From Candidatus Nomurabacteria bacterium (GTDB lineage: Bacteria; Patescibacteriota; Saccharimonadia; Saccharimonadales; JAGQNJ01): DNA of 64,000 nucleotides. The notes below the pieces were generated by a model. The model made no database searches and was not told the DNA's origin. It saw nothing but the letters and a program-made list of their open reading frames with translations. The stretch lies in assembly GCA_023898625.1 (NCBI GenBank), contig CP060231.1, positions 340,258 through 404,257 of the forward strand, read 5' to 3'. The first letter of the stretch is position 1, and each line of letters begins with the position of its first letter. Positions 1-8,734 of this stretch are shown here, one piece after another. The position numbers and the translations under genes are program-made.

Positions 1-116
1 AACAAGTGGCTTACCAACAGGGGGGGGTAGCACCAGTACAAGGTGAGGTTTCGTTCAACAACCCAGAACCTATACTAAACAACAGCCAGGACTACGGCCC
101 ACCACCAATGCAATAG
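1..116 (+). CDS. C-terminal end of an ORF that begins upstream of the window (low-complexity Gln/Gly/Pro-rich tail)
   Basis: Frame 3 is open from the window edge to TAG at 114-116 (..QVAYQQGGVAPVQGEVSFNNPEPILNNSQDYGPPPMQ*). Same strand as the next gene and 7 nt upstream of it. Contains a G8 tract at 20-27. No family recognisable. Confidence 0.3.
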   Translation, partial: QVAYQQGGVAPVQGEVSFNNPEPILNNSQDYGPPPMQ

Positions 117-123
117 TTAACTT

Positions 124-3100
124 GTGGAGATACTTGTGCAAACACTGAAAGAAAAGCAAGAACAAGACGATAAATACAACCCGGCGGAAGGACGTTACGG
201 TGATCATGACGATCTTGGGGTTCATCCAGAGCGTCGCGAAGCAGAGGTTGATGACCTAGAAAAACTATATAATGCTGAATCTCGTGAAGATAGTGAGAGA
301 AACACAAGTCCAGGGTCGAAATCTGTAAACCAAGAAAAGTCTGCCTTATCAAAAGATGAACCAGAGAATGAAGAAGGATCAAAAGCCACTCAGGAGAAGC
401 CAAGGAAAGTCAGAATCACAAAAAAACAAGCCGCTGCTGGGGGTGGTGCTGCTGGATTATTGATAGGCGGTGGGGTTGGGTTTTTTGTCTTTATGTCAGG
501 ACCTTTACAGTTTATTCAATTCTCCCAACTATTAAGTCAGTTCCATTTTAGTAACAGTGAGCGTTTTGGTAACTCCCGAACAGCGAAAATATTCAGATAC
601 GCTACGGGTCGAAAGAAAGGTAATCAAAACTATAATATGTCCAGGCTTGGTAATAAAGTGGCTATCCACTATGAGAAAAAATTATCAAAAGCAGGCATTG
701 AAATCGAATACAACGAAAAAGCAGGGCGTGTTAATAAAATAAACATTGACCCCGAAACCCCAGAAGGAAAACGACTAATAGCAAATATTGAGGCAGACTC
801 TGGGGTAAACCTTCCTAAAGACCCGAAATCAGGAGGTAAAGTTCACCTTGACCTAGCAACCGATTCCTCAGAAGTATCAAGCGCAAAGTTACGTCGTCAA
901 GCAGTGAATGGTGCTGTAGATGCAATGGAAATGAATGGAGTAAGTAGTGCGTTGGCTAAAAGAATGTTAAAAGTTAGGTCGGGTGTAAACTTTCATCCAT
1001 TAAAAAATTTAGCTCGGTCTGTTGACGAAAGAACAAACTTAAAATTCAAGGAATGGAAAGAAAAAATACAAGACGAGAAAGCACAAAAAATTCAAGAGGG
1101 ATCTAAACCTCCAGATGACATAAAAACATCATCTGGCAAAGAAGACCCAGAAAATCCTCCATCAGAACAAGAAAAAGTGCAGGCAGGGGAGTTAGATAAT
1201 GAGATTAAAGAAGCTCAGGCAATAGCTCGTGATACTTCTGTTGATGTCAAAACCAGAGCTAGTTCTATAAAGGCCAAGTTAGGTTGGGGTATAGGTGCAA
1301 CAGCAGTACTAGGTATATTTTGTGGATTAGATGCAATAGGAGATCAAGTCAGTGCCCTGCAAGAAGAAAATATTATCCAGCCCCTAATAAGAACCGGTAT
1401 GGATATTAATATAACTGGTGAACAAATAAAATCTGGGCAAGACACAAACATGGAGGAAATCGGGGCAATGTCAGACAAACTCTACGACAAAAAAACAAAT
1501 ACGTCCTGGATGTCAGCCGAAAGTATTCAAACAGAGTTGGGACACCCTGGGGTTGGAACAAAAATGGATGACGCTACAAAGCCTGGAAAGGAGAGACCCG
1601 CATTTTTTGAGGTAATAAACAATATAACTGGAGTACCCGGTATTTCTCAAGCTTGCAGTGCAATGTCGTCTGTAGTTGGCGGTTTTCTGGTTACGGCGGG
1701 AGGTTTAGCTGTTAGTTTTACGGGAATTGGTGGTCTGGCCCTTCAGGTTGGATCGGAGGTCGTTCAACAGGTGGCCTCTAATGCTTTTATGGATGACCTT
1801 GTGAGGGCGTTAGCAGGTCCCGCAATATCAATCGCGAAAGCAACCGGTGGAACATTGGGTAATTATGCTAATTTTGGAGCATTTTTAGCCAACAATAATA
1901 CTATGGCCGGTATGGGTGGACGATCATTGACACCATCGGAAAGTATTGCACTAGCCAATGAGACGAGAAACGAAATTCTACAACAAAACAAACAAAAAAC
2001 TTTATATGCAAGGATATTTGATGTAAAGGATGCTAATTCTTTGATTTCTAAAGGCGTGATCCAAAATACGTCACTTTATGATTCACAAACCGCCATTGCT
2101 TCTATAGTACAAAGTCCACTCCACTTTATAAGAAACATTAGCTCCAGTATAATTCGACTCAACCCGAAGGTTAGTGCACAAACTTCTGTTTATGACTATG
2201 GTGTCGAGGAGATTGGTTTTAGTATTAGTGAACGCGAGAGCTCTATGGTTGATGACCCTTATGCGAATGCTGACATTGTTGAGCCTCATCTAGCTGAACT
2301 AAACGAAAAATATGGTAAGGTTTGTTTTGGTACAACGATTGAACCTTCAACAGGTAAAATAACTTACGAAAAAGCACCATCGTATTCTGATCGGGAAAAA
2401 AATAAGAATATTTGTGGCTCGAGTAACAAGGACGAAATGTTCTTAAGGTATCGGATGTTTGTGGCAGACAATATTACCATTAACAGTATTGCTTGTTATG
2501 AAAGTATCGATGAGACTTCGTGTCAAAATATAGCACTAGAAAACAAAACCAGCACTAGCACCAACACAACACCGGTTGCATCTTCAAACTCTACATGCGC
2601 AGAGGGTTCTCGTAGTATAGGGCAAGTAGACGGTTATACTAATGGAACCAAACAAGTTATTACACTGTGCGCTATTGACGAACTACCTATTCAAGCAATT
2701 GATGGTGATAGTGCCGAAAGTATACCTAGATCAAAATATTACATCAACGGTGCAGAAAATAAAGCGATTGTTAGCTCGTCGATATCTTCACAAATTGTCG
2801 CAATGGTTAGAAAGGCTAGGTCCGAAGGTGTAAATCTTGTTGCGATAAGTAGTTTTAGAACCAATGAACACCAAACCGAAGCTTGTAAACCACAGGGTGG
2901 TAAGTGTGGTAATAGTGGCTATAATATGCCAGGTATGTCAGTACACCAATCTGGGGAAGCAATTGACTTTCTTGATTCAAACAGGAATAGCACTGCAAAT
3001 TGTAGAAACAATATGATGGGTGAACGTTGTGTAGGCACAGACCCGACATGGAACTGGCTATCAAAGAATGCAGAAAGTTTTGGCTTAAAACAATTACCTA

Positions 3101-3135
3101 AGGAGTCGTGGCATTGGTCTACGTCAGGCAATTAG
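124..3135 (+). CDS. Large membrane protein (1003 aa) with C-terminal VanY/peptidase-M15-type (D-Ala-D-Ala carboxypeptidase-like) domain
   Basis: Longest ORF; GTG start directly after in-frame TAA (118-120). Charged N-terminus, then a Gly-rich TM helix (AAAGGGAAGLLIGGGVGFFVF) and further Gly-rich hydrophobic segments mid-protein. C-terminal zinc-peptidase signature SSFRTNEHQ...MSVHQSGEAIDF...ESWHWS (~nt 2700-3132). The central ~700 aa are not recognisable. Confidence 0.75.
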   Translation: MEILVQTLKEKQEQDDKYNPAEGRYGDHDDLGVHPERREAEVDDLEKLYNAESREDSERNTSPGSKSVNQEKSALSKDEPENEEGSKATQEKPRKVRITKKQAAAGGGAAGLLIGGGVGFFVFMSGPLQFIQFSQLLSQFHFSNSERFGNSRTAKIFRYATGRKKGNQNYNMSRLGNKVAIHYEKKLSKAGIEIEYNEKAGRVNKINIDPETPEGKRLIANIEADSGVNLPKDPKSGGKVHLDLATDSSEVSSAKLRRQAVNGAVDAMEMNGVSSALAKRMLKVRSGVNFHPLKNLARSVDERTNLKFKEWKEKIQDEKAQKIQEGSKPPDDIKTSSGKEDPENPPSEQEKVQAGELDNEIKEAQAIARDTSVDVKTRASSIKAKLGWGIGATAVLGIFCGLDAIGDQVSALQEENIIQPLIRTGMDINITGEQIKSGQDTNMEEIGAMSDKLYDKKTNTSWMSAESIQTELGHPGVGTKMDDATKPGKERPAFFEVINNITGVPGISQACSAMSSVVGGFLVTAGGLAVSFTGIGGLALQVGSEVVQQVASNAFMDDLVRALAGPAISIAKATGGTLGNYANFGAFLANNNTMAGMGGRSLTPSESIALANETRNEILQQNKQKTLYARIFDVKDANSLISKGVIQNTSLYDSQTAIASIVQSPLHFIRNISSSIIRLNPKVSAQTSVYDYGVEEIGFSISERESSMVDDPYANADIVEPHLAELNEKYGKVCFGTTIEPSTGKITYEKAPSYSDREKNKNICGSSNKDEMFLRYRMFVADNITINSIACYESIDETSCQNIALENKTSTSTNTTPVASSNSTCAEGSRSIGQVDGYTNGTKQVITLCAIDELPIQAIDGDSAESIPRSKYYINGAENKAIVSSSISSQIVAMVRKARSEGVNLVAISSFRTNEHQTEACKPQGGKCGNSGYNMPGMSVHQSGEAIDFLDSNRNSTANCRNNMMGERCVGTDPTWNWLSKNAESFGLKQLPKESWHWSTSGN

Positions 3136-3136
3136 T

Positions 3137-5026
3137 ATGAAAAAGTATGTATATTTTATTGTGATATGCCTCATAAGCTCTATTCTTGTATTTCAAAACA
3201 CCGCATTCGCAATTTCAGCCGAACAAAAGAAACTAATAGATGGTGGAATAATGTATTACGATTATGAACAATGTGACCCATCGTCTTCTTCTGTTAGTTT
3301 ATCAGGAGGAAGTTTGGATCGATTCTTGCAAGTTTTGGCTTATCAAGAAAGCCGAGGAAATCCTACTATAGGAGCTGGCGGATCTTCTGCGTCCGGCAAG
3401 TATCAATACGTCAGTGGTACTTGGAAGGCTCGTGCATCATTGTATGGCCCAGCTGGTCAATACACAAGCGCAGGACAAGCACCAGAGGAGGTTCAAGATG
3501 CTGTTGCTTATATTGAATACACTCAGGTTTTCAATAGCCTGGGTGGAGACTTTGCAAAATTAGCCATTAACCACTATCTACCTGCTGCGTTGACCGACCC
3601 CACAAGGATGGATGTCGTACCTAATCCCGAAGCGGGCAATAAATACACTCCTAGACAATACGGAAATATGATGTTAGAAAATATGCAAAAGGGTGTAGGG
3701 TCTGACATACCTCTAAAATATAAACAGGCACCCGAATTTGATATTTGGCTACAGAAGGTTGGTGGTACATCCACACCTCTAGCTTCATCTTCATCTTCAG
3801 CATCTAGCAAAATTATCGCCCTAGATCCAGGACATGGTGCAGTTGTCAACAATTATATTGACCCCGTAACTAAACTTGGGGACAGAGAAACAGCAAACTC
3901 TCCTGAACGTGAAGACATGCAAGATGTAGCTAACCAAGTAAAGACTCAGCTTGAGGGTCTAGGCTATAAGGTAGTAATGCTAAAAAATTTGGCTACCGAT
4001 GCTGTTTCTAAGCGCCAGAGGATAGATCTCGCTAAAGCAAATAAGGTTGATTTGGGAATTAGCCTTCATTCTGACTCTGGTTCAGGTAGTTTCGAGGGTT
4101 GGGCAGAGGTTTGGCCTCAATTTGTAGGAGGATATAGACAATCTTCTAGTGATCAAAATATTAAAGTTACCTTCACGAACCAAGAAGTTGCAGATACTAG
4201 CAATTCGATAAGTGATGTTTTTGCTACAGAACGTGATAAAGCCGAAAGAGGTGGGTCTGGAGTAACCAAAAAAGTGGTTGGCCAAGCAAGTTCATTTTCA
4301 AAAGATCGCGGACTACCATCATTTGGAGACTTGTCGTTAATGCAGTTGTGGGCAGATGATATTCCGTGGGTTTATAACGAGGTTGGAGCGCCCGCATCTG
4401 GACTAACTAGTGATCAAAAATCTAAATATGCCTCGGGCATTATAAATAGTGTGCGTGCATCAATGCCACCTAGCGGTCAAGATACTACATCAGAATGTGG
4501 TTCTGGATCCGGATCATCTATGCCACAAGGTAATGGTGACGCAATAGCAACAGCATTAACGTACGCTTGGCCCGACTATCGTGGCAGAGGGTTTGTTACA
4601 CCCAAATCGGAGTATGCGGAAGCCATATCTAGGGCAAAAGCATCAAGATCATATATTGGAGGTATTAGATATCCGGGTATTGATTGTGGTGGATTTGTAA
4701 CACGTGTAATGTTGGATAGTGGCTATGAACCAGGATACAATAATGCGGGGAAAGGGGGAGCTACAGCAACGCAATTGCAATGGGCAAGAGAAAACTGGCA
4801 ACTAGTTGGTAGGGGTAATACTCTTTCGACAATAGACTTATTACCGGGAGATGTTGCTTTCAGAGTAACCTCGAGTGGGGCTAATGATGGCCATACGTTT
4901 ATGTATGTTGGTACTCAGGCAGGTTTCGGTGATGATATAGCGTCGGCGTCATTGGACACTCGAGCACCTATGGCAGGTCGCGAGAACCCACTCTCGAATG
5001 ACATAGAATGGTATAGAAAAAAATGA
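3137..5026 (+). CDS. Secreted three-domain peptidoglycan hydrolase: SLT-like lytic transglycosylase + Amidase_3-like MurNAc-L-Ala amidase + NlpC/P60-type cysteine endopeptidase
   Basis: Signal/anchor MKKYVYFIVICLISSILVFQNTAFA. 'LAYQESRGNP..GKYQY' (SLT Glu context, ~3300-3590). Ser linker SSSSSASS. 'IIALDPGHG...DLGISLHSDS' (Amidase_3 metal ligands, ~3810-4460). Gly/Ser linker. 'GIDCGGFVTRV...DGHTFMYVG' (NlpC/P60 Cys/His, ~4540-5023). Confidence 0.8.
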   Translation: MKKYVYFIVICLISSILVFQNTAFAISAEQKKLIDGGIMYYDYEQCDPSSSSVSLSGGSLDRFLQVLAYQESRGNPTIGAGGSSASGKYQYVSGTWKARASLYGPAGQYTSAGQAPEEVQDAVAYIEYTQVFNSLGGDFAKLAINHYLPAALTDPTRMDVVPNPEAGNKYTPRQYGNMMLENMQKGVGSDIPLKYKQAPEFDIWLQKVGGTSTPLASSSSSASSKIIALDPGHGAVVNNYIDPVTKLGDRETANSPEREDMQDVANQVKTQLEGLGYKVVMLKNLATDAVSKRQRIDLAKANKVDLGISLHSDSGSGSFEGWAEVWPQFVGGYRQSSSDQNIKVTFTNQEVADTSNSISDVFATERDKAERGGSGVTKKVVGQASSFSKDRGLPSFGDLSLMQLWADDIPWVYNEVGAPASGLTSDQKSKYASGIINSVRASMPPSGQDTTSECGSGSGSSMPQGNGDAIATALTYAWPDYRGRGFVTPKSEYAEAISRAKASRSYIGGIRYPGIDCGGFVTRVMLDSGYEPGYNNAGKGGATATQLQWARENWQLVGRGNTLSTIDLLPGDVAFRVTSSGANDGHTFMYVGTQAGFGDDIASASLDTRAPMAGRENPLSNDIEWYRKK

Positions 5027-5640
5027 AAAAGTATTATTTGTTGTTTTTATTAATATTTACGTGTGTTGGTTTATCTATTGTTTACGCCCTGATTGTATTA
5101 GATAGAAATGATGGGTTAAAGCTAGTTATTAATACACTTCCCGAGGATGCTAACATCACTATCAACGATAAGCCAGGAAAACGTGGATCAAACCCCCTTC
5201 CACCAGGTAGATACACAATTAGGGTTTCTAAAGATGGATTCTCGTCAAACACAGAAATCATAGAACTTAAGACGGAGCAAAAGAAACTTAATATTTCGCT
5301 AACACCAACCTCTGCTGAAGCAAAGGAATGGGCTAAAAAAAATAATGAAAAGTATATGGAGTTTGAGAAAATTTCTGGCTATGAACTGCAAAAAGAGGGT
5401 GAAGAACTAGCTAACAATAATCCTATAGTTAAGTTTCTTCCTTTTAGGATGCCAGACTATGATATAGAATATCGAATGTCAGAAGATGATAAAGTGATCG
5501 TCGATGTATACGCAGGAAACTCCGAGTTTCGAAACATAGCCATAAATACAATAAAGAGTTGGGGTATTGATCCTGGAGATTATCAAATTAATTTTATCAA
5601 CTACAATAATCCTCTGTCTGAAGGGTTAGGGGGTGAATAA
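5023..5640 (+). CDS. N-terminally membrane-anchored protein with PEGA-like beta-sandwich domain
   Basis: ATGA overlap with the upstream gene. TM anchor YYLLFLLIFTCVGLSIVYALIVL. 'LVINTLPEDANITINDKPGKRGSNPLPPGRYTIRVSKDGFSSNTEIIEL' resembles the PEGA motif. Confidence 0.6.
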   Translation: MKKYYLLFLLIFTCVGLSIVYALIVLDRNDGLKLVINTLPEDANITINDKPGKRGSNPLPPGRYTIRVSKDGFSSNTEIIELKTEQKKLNISLTPTSAEAKEWAKKNNEKYMEFEKISGYELQKEGEELANNNPIVKFLPFRMPDYDIEYRMSEDDKVIVDVYAGNSEFRNIAINTIKSWGIDPGDYQINFINYNNPLSEGLGGE

Positions 5641-6287
5641 TGAAACGTTTGATTGTATTAATCTTTGTTGGTTTTATCTTGGTTTTATCTTGGTTTTATC
5701 TTGATAAATACTTGTCAAAGCGGGATCTGATTATTAATTTTCCTAACAACTCAAGGGGTTTGTCTATTAATATATATCGAGCTTTGTCTGGAGAAGATAA
5801 CCTAGAAGTAAATAAGTCTTCACTTGTAGCTAGTAATATTTCACAAAATACCACACTTAAACTCCCTCAAGGAACATATCGTATAGTCAGCAACCAGAAT
5901 AATGATTACAACAAAATAGATCAAAAAATATATCTTGGGGATAAACCCTATACTTTGGATATTAACGGCGTCTATACTTATACAAAGCTCAAAAGCTTAC
6001 TAGATAGTGAGAAACAAAGTATATTGAGCTCGTTACGTCAAGAACTACCGACTGTTGATAAATATTTTACTATCTCGGAAGGAAAGCTTTTCGAACAAGG
6101 AAACTGGTATGGAACAACCTTAGTCTCTAAAAGTACTGACATTTATAATAATGACACCTTGCGAGTAATTTTAAAAAAACAAGATTCACGATGGGTTGTA
6201 GTAACTAACCCCCCTCAAATTCTTGTCTCAAAAGTTAGTAGCCCTGATACCCCTAGCTATATTATTAGAGATATAAACAACATGTAG
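5640..6287 (+). CDS. N-terminally membrane-anchored hypothetical protein (weak PEGA-like segment)
   Basis: TAATG overlap with the upstream gene. TM anchor LIVLIFVGFILVLSWFYL. 'LKLPQGTYRIVSNQNNDY' is weakly PEGA-like. No other family recognised. Confidence 0.6.
   Translation: MKRLIVLIFVGFILVLSWFYLDKYLSKRDLIINFPNNSRGLSINIYRALSGEDNLEVNKSSLVASNISQNTTLKLPQGTYRIVSNQNNDYNKIDQKIYLGDKPYTLDINGVYTYTKLKSLLDSEKQSILSSLRQELPTVDKYFTISEGKLFEQGNWYGTTLVSKSTDIYNNDTLRVILKKQDSRWVVVTNPPQILVSKVSSPDTPSYIIRDINNM
5668..5703 (+). repeat. Tandem repeat, 11-bp unit TTGGTTTTATC x3.3, inside the 5' end of CDS 5640-6287
   Basis: Read directly: ttggttttatc (5668-5678), ttggttttatc (5679-5689), ttggttttatc (5690-5700), ttg (5701-5703). 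Unit length is not a multiple of 3. Confidence 0.95.
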
Positions 6288-6332
6288 TTATTAGGATGTT
6301 GTGCTACTTCTGCTTCAAGATTACTTGATTGG

Positions 6333-7385
6333 TTAAACAGTGATTATAGTACTATTCTTTGTAAAGTTGTGTGAAATAATATCGGCGTCAGTGGTGGTTA
6401 TAAAGGCTTGGTTATTTGATATAAACTCAATCAGGCTTTTACGCCGTAATCCATCAAGCTCCCCAAAAACATCATCTAATAACAGTAGTGGTGGTGTGTT
6501 ATGTATATCTTCAAGTATTTGTGTTTCTATAATCTTTAGTGTTAGTAGGATACTTCTTGTTTCTCCTCGAGACGCCACTCCGCGCATATCATGATCATTT
6601 ATACTAATCAATAGATCATCTCGGTGCGGCCCAAACCCCGTAAACCCCCGTTGTTTATCTAATTCGATATTTTCCTGTAGTATTTTTAGTAGTTTTGTTG
6701 AGTAATCACTTTCTTGGTTTATCTTGCTTTCGTATTTTAGTTGAAGCTGATGATTACTGCCAGCAATTCTACTATATATATCACTAGTATAAGTATTTAA
6801 ATATTTGATTATTTCCTTTCGTTTATTAACGATTTCGCTCGCTAACTCACAAAGTCTTATATCCCAGGCAAAAATTTGCTTTCTAATATTTTCTGGAGAC
6901 TGTTTAAGCAAACTGTTTCGTTGTCTAAGTGTTTGTGTATATTTGTTTCGAATCGAAGAAAACTGCTTATCTGTTTTTGTTAGTATTTCATCAATAAATA
7001 GCCGACGCTGTTCTGGCGAGGTTGTTATTTGATATAGGTGATTTGGTTCAAATAACACCACCGGTATTTTTCTATCTACAGCAAGTCTCTTAAACCGCTT
7101 ACCGTCAATATCGAATATAATGTTTTCATCACGTTTAAGACGAGCGGTTCGTTGTGAATTATCATCTGTTAATAGATCTACTCGCGCCCATTCTTGTGAG
7201 TTATTAACTATGTGTTCTTTGGAGTTCTTTGTTGGTGTCCCAGTAGACAATAGATATAAAGCGTCAATAAGATTGGTTTTACCACTAGCATTAGGTCCAA
7301 CAATAATGTTTACACTTGGGTTAAATTCAAAGGAGCTATCTAGATAAGATCGATAGTTTTGTAATCTAACCGATGTAAGCACCAT
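6333..7385 (-). CDS. recF: DNA replication and repair protein RecF
   Basis: Walker A GPNASGKTNLIDALY, C-terminal LLLLDDVFGELD signature, and dnaA-dnaN-recF synteny. Confidence 0.93.
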   Translation of the reverse strand: MVLTSVRLQNYRSYLDSSFEFNPSVNIIVGPNASGKTNLIDALYLLSTGTPTKNSKEHIVNNSQEWARVDLLTDDNSQRTARLKRDENIIFDIDGKRFKRLAVDRKIPVVLFEPNHLYQITTSPEQRRLFIDEILTKTDKQFSSIRNKYTQTLRQRNSLLKQSPENIRKQIFAWDIRLCELASEIVNKRKEIIKYLNTYTSDIYSRIAGSNHQLQLKYESKINQESDYSTKLLKILQENIELDKQRGFTGFGPHRDDLLISINDHDMRGVASRGETRSILLTLKIIETQILEDIHNTPPLLLLDDVFGELDGLRRKSLIEFISNNQAFITTTDADIISHNFTKNSTIITV

Positions 7386-7403
7386 ACTTTATATTATACT
7401 TTT

Positions 7404-8495
7404 CTAGCTTTTAAGTGGCATGATTACATGAACATAGTTACTTATTATTTCGTTCTTAATAATTATTGCTTCTAGCTTTTCATTAAAACAAAAACTAACA
7501 TCTTCTCCTTCTATTGCTTGTAGTCCATCAAGTAGGTATCTTGAATTTAGTGTAATATCTCCTTCACCAATAACTTCCCCTTGGGTCTTAGACTCATTTT
7601 CTCCTACTTGTGACGCTATAGATTTAACAGATAGTGATTGACTATTTTCAGATATCAAAACATTAATACTGCCAGCGTTTTCTCTAGAAAAAAGCCCTGA
7701 TATTTTTGTTATTGTTAATAACTCTTTTTTACTAACAACAGCCTTTTTGGAGAAATTTTCTGGTATGAGCTTTTTGTAATCCGGATAGTTTCCTTCTATT
7801 AGCCTAGCGATGAGCTCAATATTATCCACTTTAAAACACACTTGCTGTTCATCATACGAAACTTTTATATCACCAGATTGATCGTTGATAATACGGAGTA
7901 GATCACCCATCGCAGACACAGGTATCAATAATTTAACTTCTTTATCTATATCACCAATAGTCTTTTCTGCTAAACGATAACTATCGGTTGCTACAATAAT
8001 TAACTTGCCATTATAGCTATAGAGGTAGACTGCAGTTAACACGGGCCGTGATTCGTCACTGGAAGCGGAGAATATTACCTGTTGTAAAGCCTGTTTCATT
8101 TCTTGAGCTGATATCGTAAAACTTTCTTCGCTTTGTAGAGCCGGCATTATTGGATAGTCATCAATAGCAGTACCATTTATTATAGATTTGTAGTTTTCCG
8201 CAGATAAATGTAGTCTGTTTTCGTTTTGTTTCAGGGAAATAGTGGTTTTTGGTAAGTTACTTACAAAGTCTTGAAAAAGCCGAGCAGGGACAGTTAGAGA
8301 GCCTTCTGTTTTGATTTTCGTACCAATCTGTTGAGATATCGCTATATCAAGGTTTGTAGCCGAAATTCGAAGCTGGTTGTTGGTTGTCTGTATTAGTACG
8401 TTATTTAGTATCGGTAGGGTAGTTCGACCAGTCGCTACTCGAGCAACATTATTAAGTGCCTTGTTTAAGTTTTCTTGTGTAACTTGAAGATCCAT
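7404..8495 (-). CDS. dnaN: DNA polymerase III beta sliding clamp
   Basis: 363 aa. Typical N-terminus (..LNKALNNVARVATGRTTLPILNNVLI..). Lies directly downstream of dnaA. Confidence 0.93.
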   Translation of the reverse strand: MDLQVTQENLNKALNNVARVATGRTTLPILNNVLIQTTNNQLRISATNLDIAISQQIGTKIKTEGSLTVPARLFQDFVSNLPKTTISLKQNENRLHLSAENYKSIINGTAIDDYPIMPALQSEESFTISAQEMKQALQQVIFSASSDESRPVLTAVYLYSYNGKLIIVATDSYRLAEKTIGDIDKEVKLLIPVSAMGDLLRIINDQSGDIKVSYDEQQVCFKVDNIELIARLIEGNYPDYKKLIPENFSKKAVVSKKELLTITKISGLFSRENAGSINVLISENSQSLSVKSIASQVGENESKTQGEVIGEGDITLNSRYLLDGLQAIEGEDVSFCFNEKLEAIIIKNEIISNYVHVIMPLKS

Positions 8496-8734
8496 ATGTT
8501 ATTAACCTTTCTTATTAATATATTAGTAGTTTTAGTAGTAAGCTATGTGAAAAGTGTGCAAAAAACGTATTCAACAGAGTATTTTTATATGAATCATAAG
8601 TGGAAGGGTTGTGTAAAAATGCGTAGTTTCTTTTGGAAAAACTACCAGAATTAAACACACCTAAAACATTAAAAGAAACGGCCGTGCAAAACTCAAAAAA
8701 ATTGACACAGTTTGTACATACGTTTTCCACACAG
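8496..8734. promoter_or_regulatory. dnaA-dnaN intergenic spacer with DnaA-box-like sites (possible second oriC module)
   Basis: 239-bp AT-rich non-coding gap. TTTTCCACA at 8723-8731 is identical to the two boxes upstream of dnaA. TTGTGTAAAA at 8609-8618 recurs at 10250-10259. Confidence 0.4.

Noticed and set aside
92-403. 103-aa ORF on the minus strand
   Set aside because: It lies entirely antisense to the 1003-aa gene, has no motifs, and looks like the shadow ORFs typical of long genes. The same reasoning applies to tracked ORFs at 557-742, 2083-2289, 2642-3131, 3574-3852 and 4082-4285.
5023-5026. Possibility of an alternative genetic code (TGA recoded, as in some CPR lineages)
   Set aside because: TGA terminates well-defined genes exactly where homologues end (for example 5024-5026, 20881-20883 and the ATGA junction at 43908-43911), and no conserved protein needs read-through. 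The standard bacterial code fits.
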